From Octopus sinensis (Eukaryota): 64,000 nucleotides of DNA. The number at the start of each line of letters is the position of its first letter. Position 1 is the first letter of the stretch. The DNA lies in the NCBI RefSeq assembly GCF_006345805.1, contig NC_043007.1, forward strand, positions 59,396,001 through 59,460,000, given 5' to 3'. This document shows positions 63,943 to 64,000 of this stretch, piece by piece. The notes below the pieces were generated by a model, which was not told the origin of the DNA, did no database searches, and saw nothing but the letters and a program-made list of their open reading frames with translations. The translations under genes and the position numbers were made by a program.

Positions 63943-64000
63943 ATCTATCTATCTCTCTACCTATCTATCAATCTATCTATCTATCTATCTATCTATCTAT
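59960..64000. repeat. Polypurine (to ~61140) then polypyrimidine low-complexity tract; ends in (ATCT)/(GTCT)/(ATGT) arrays
   Basis: Directly visible strand asymmetry. Confidence 0.9.
60505..61118. repeat. Near-identical tandem duplication (period ~305 bp)
   Basis: The unique core (ggacaggtaatcacgtgcctggag...cactagttagatatatagg) appears identical in both units. Confidence 0.9.

Overview
AT-rich, microsatellite-saturated animal (eukaryotic) DNA. The SINE families, the repeat content and the (TA)n/(TACA)n/(AAT)n density are most consistent with an octopus (coleoid cephalopod); this is an inference from recalled repeat families, not a database result. No intact host protein-coding gene can be supported, so the window looks intronic or intergenic. 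Almost all long entries in the ORF track are translations of simple repeats. The recognisable content is a dense, partly nested set of mobile elements: three or four tRNA-like SINE families; RTE LINE remnants, two ending in three C2H2 fingers; a Tx1/L1-like LINE; a CR1/jockey-like fragment; several restriction-like-endonuclease (R4/Dong-like, HERO-like) LINE tails beside microsatellites; Penelope-like (GIY-YIG) remnants; a Gypsy gag remnant beside a 100-N gap; two full-length and several partial mariner/Tc1 elements; and many MITEs and foldback palindromes. The most notable observations are: (1) three minimal type I hammerhead-ribozyme motifs with a palindromic stem III. Two lie in a ~200-bp non-coding element and one is attached to a Penelope GIY-YIG tail, suggesting a Penelope/retrozyme-like system. 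(2) A mariner inserted into a near-perfect 93-bp palindrome. (3) GGATC-ended MITEs with 8-bp TSDs carrying TTAGGG arrays. (4) RLE-LINE derivatives that share 5' breakpoints or compound microsatellites between distant copies. Coordinates were read by eye and may be off by a few bases for degenerate elements.
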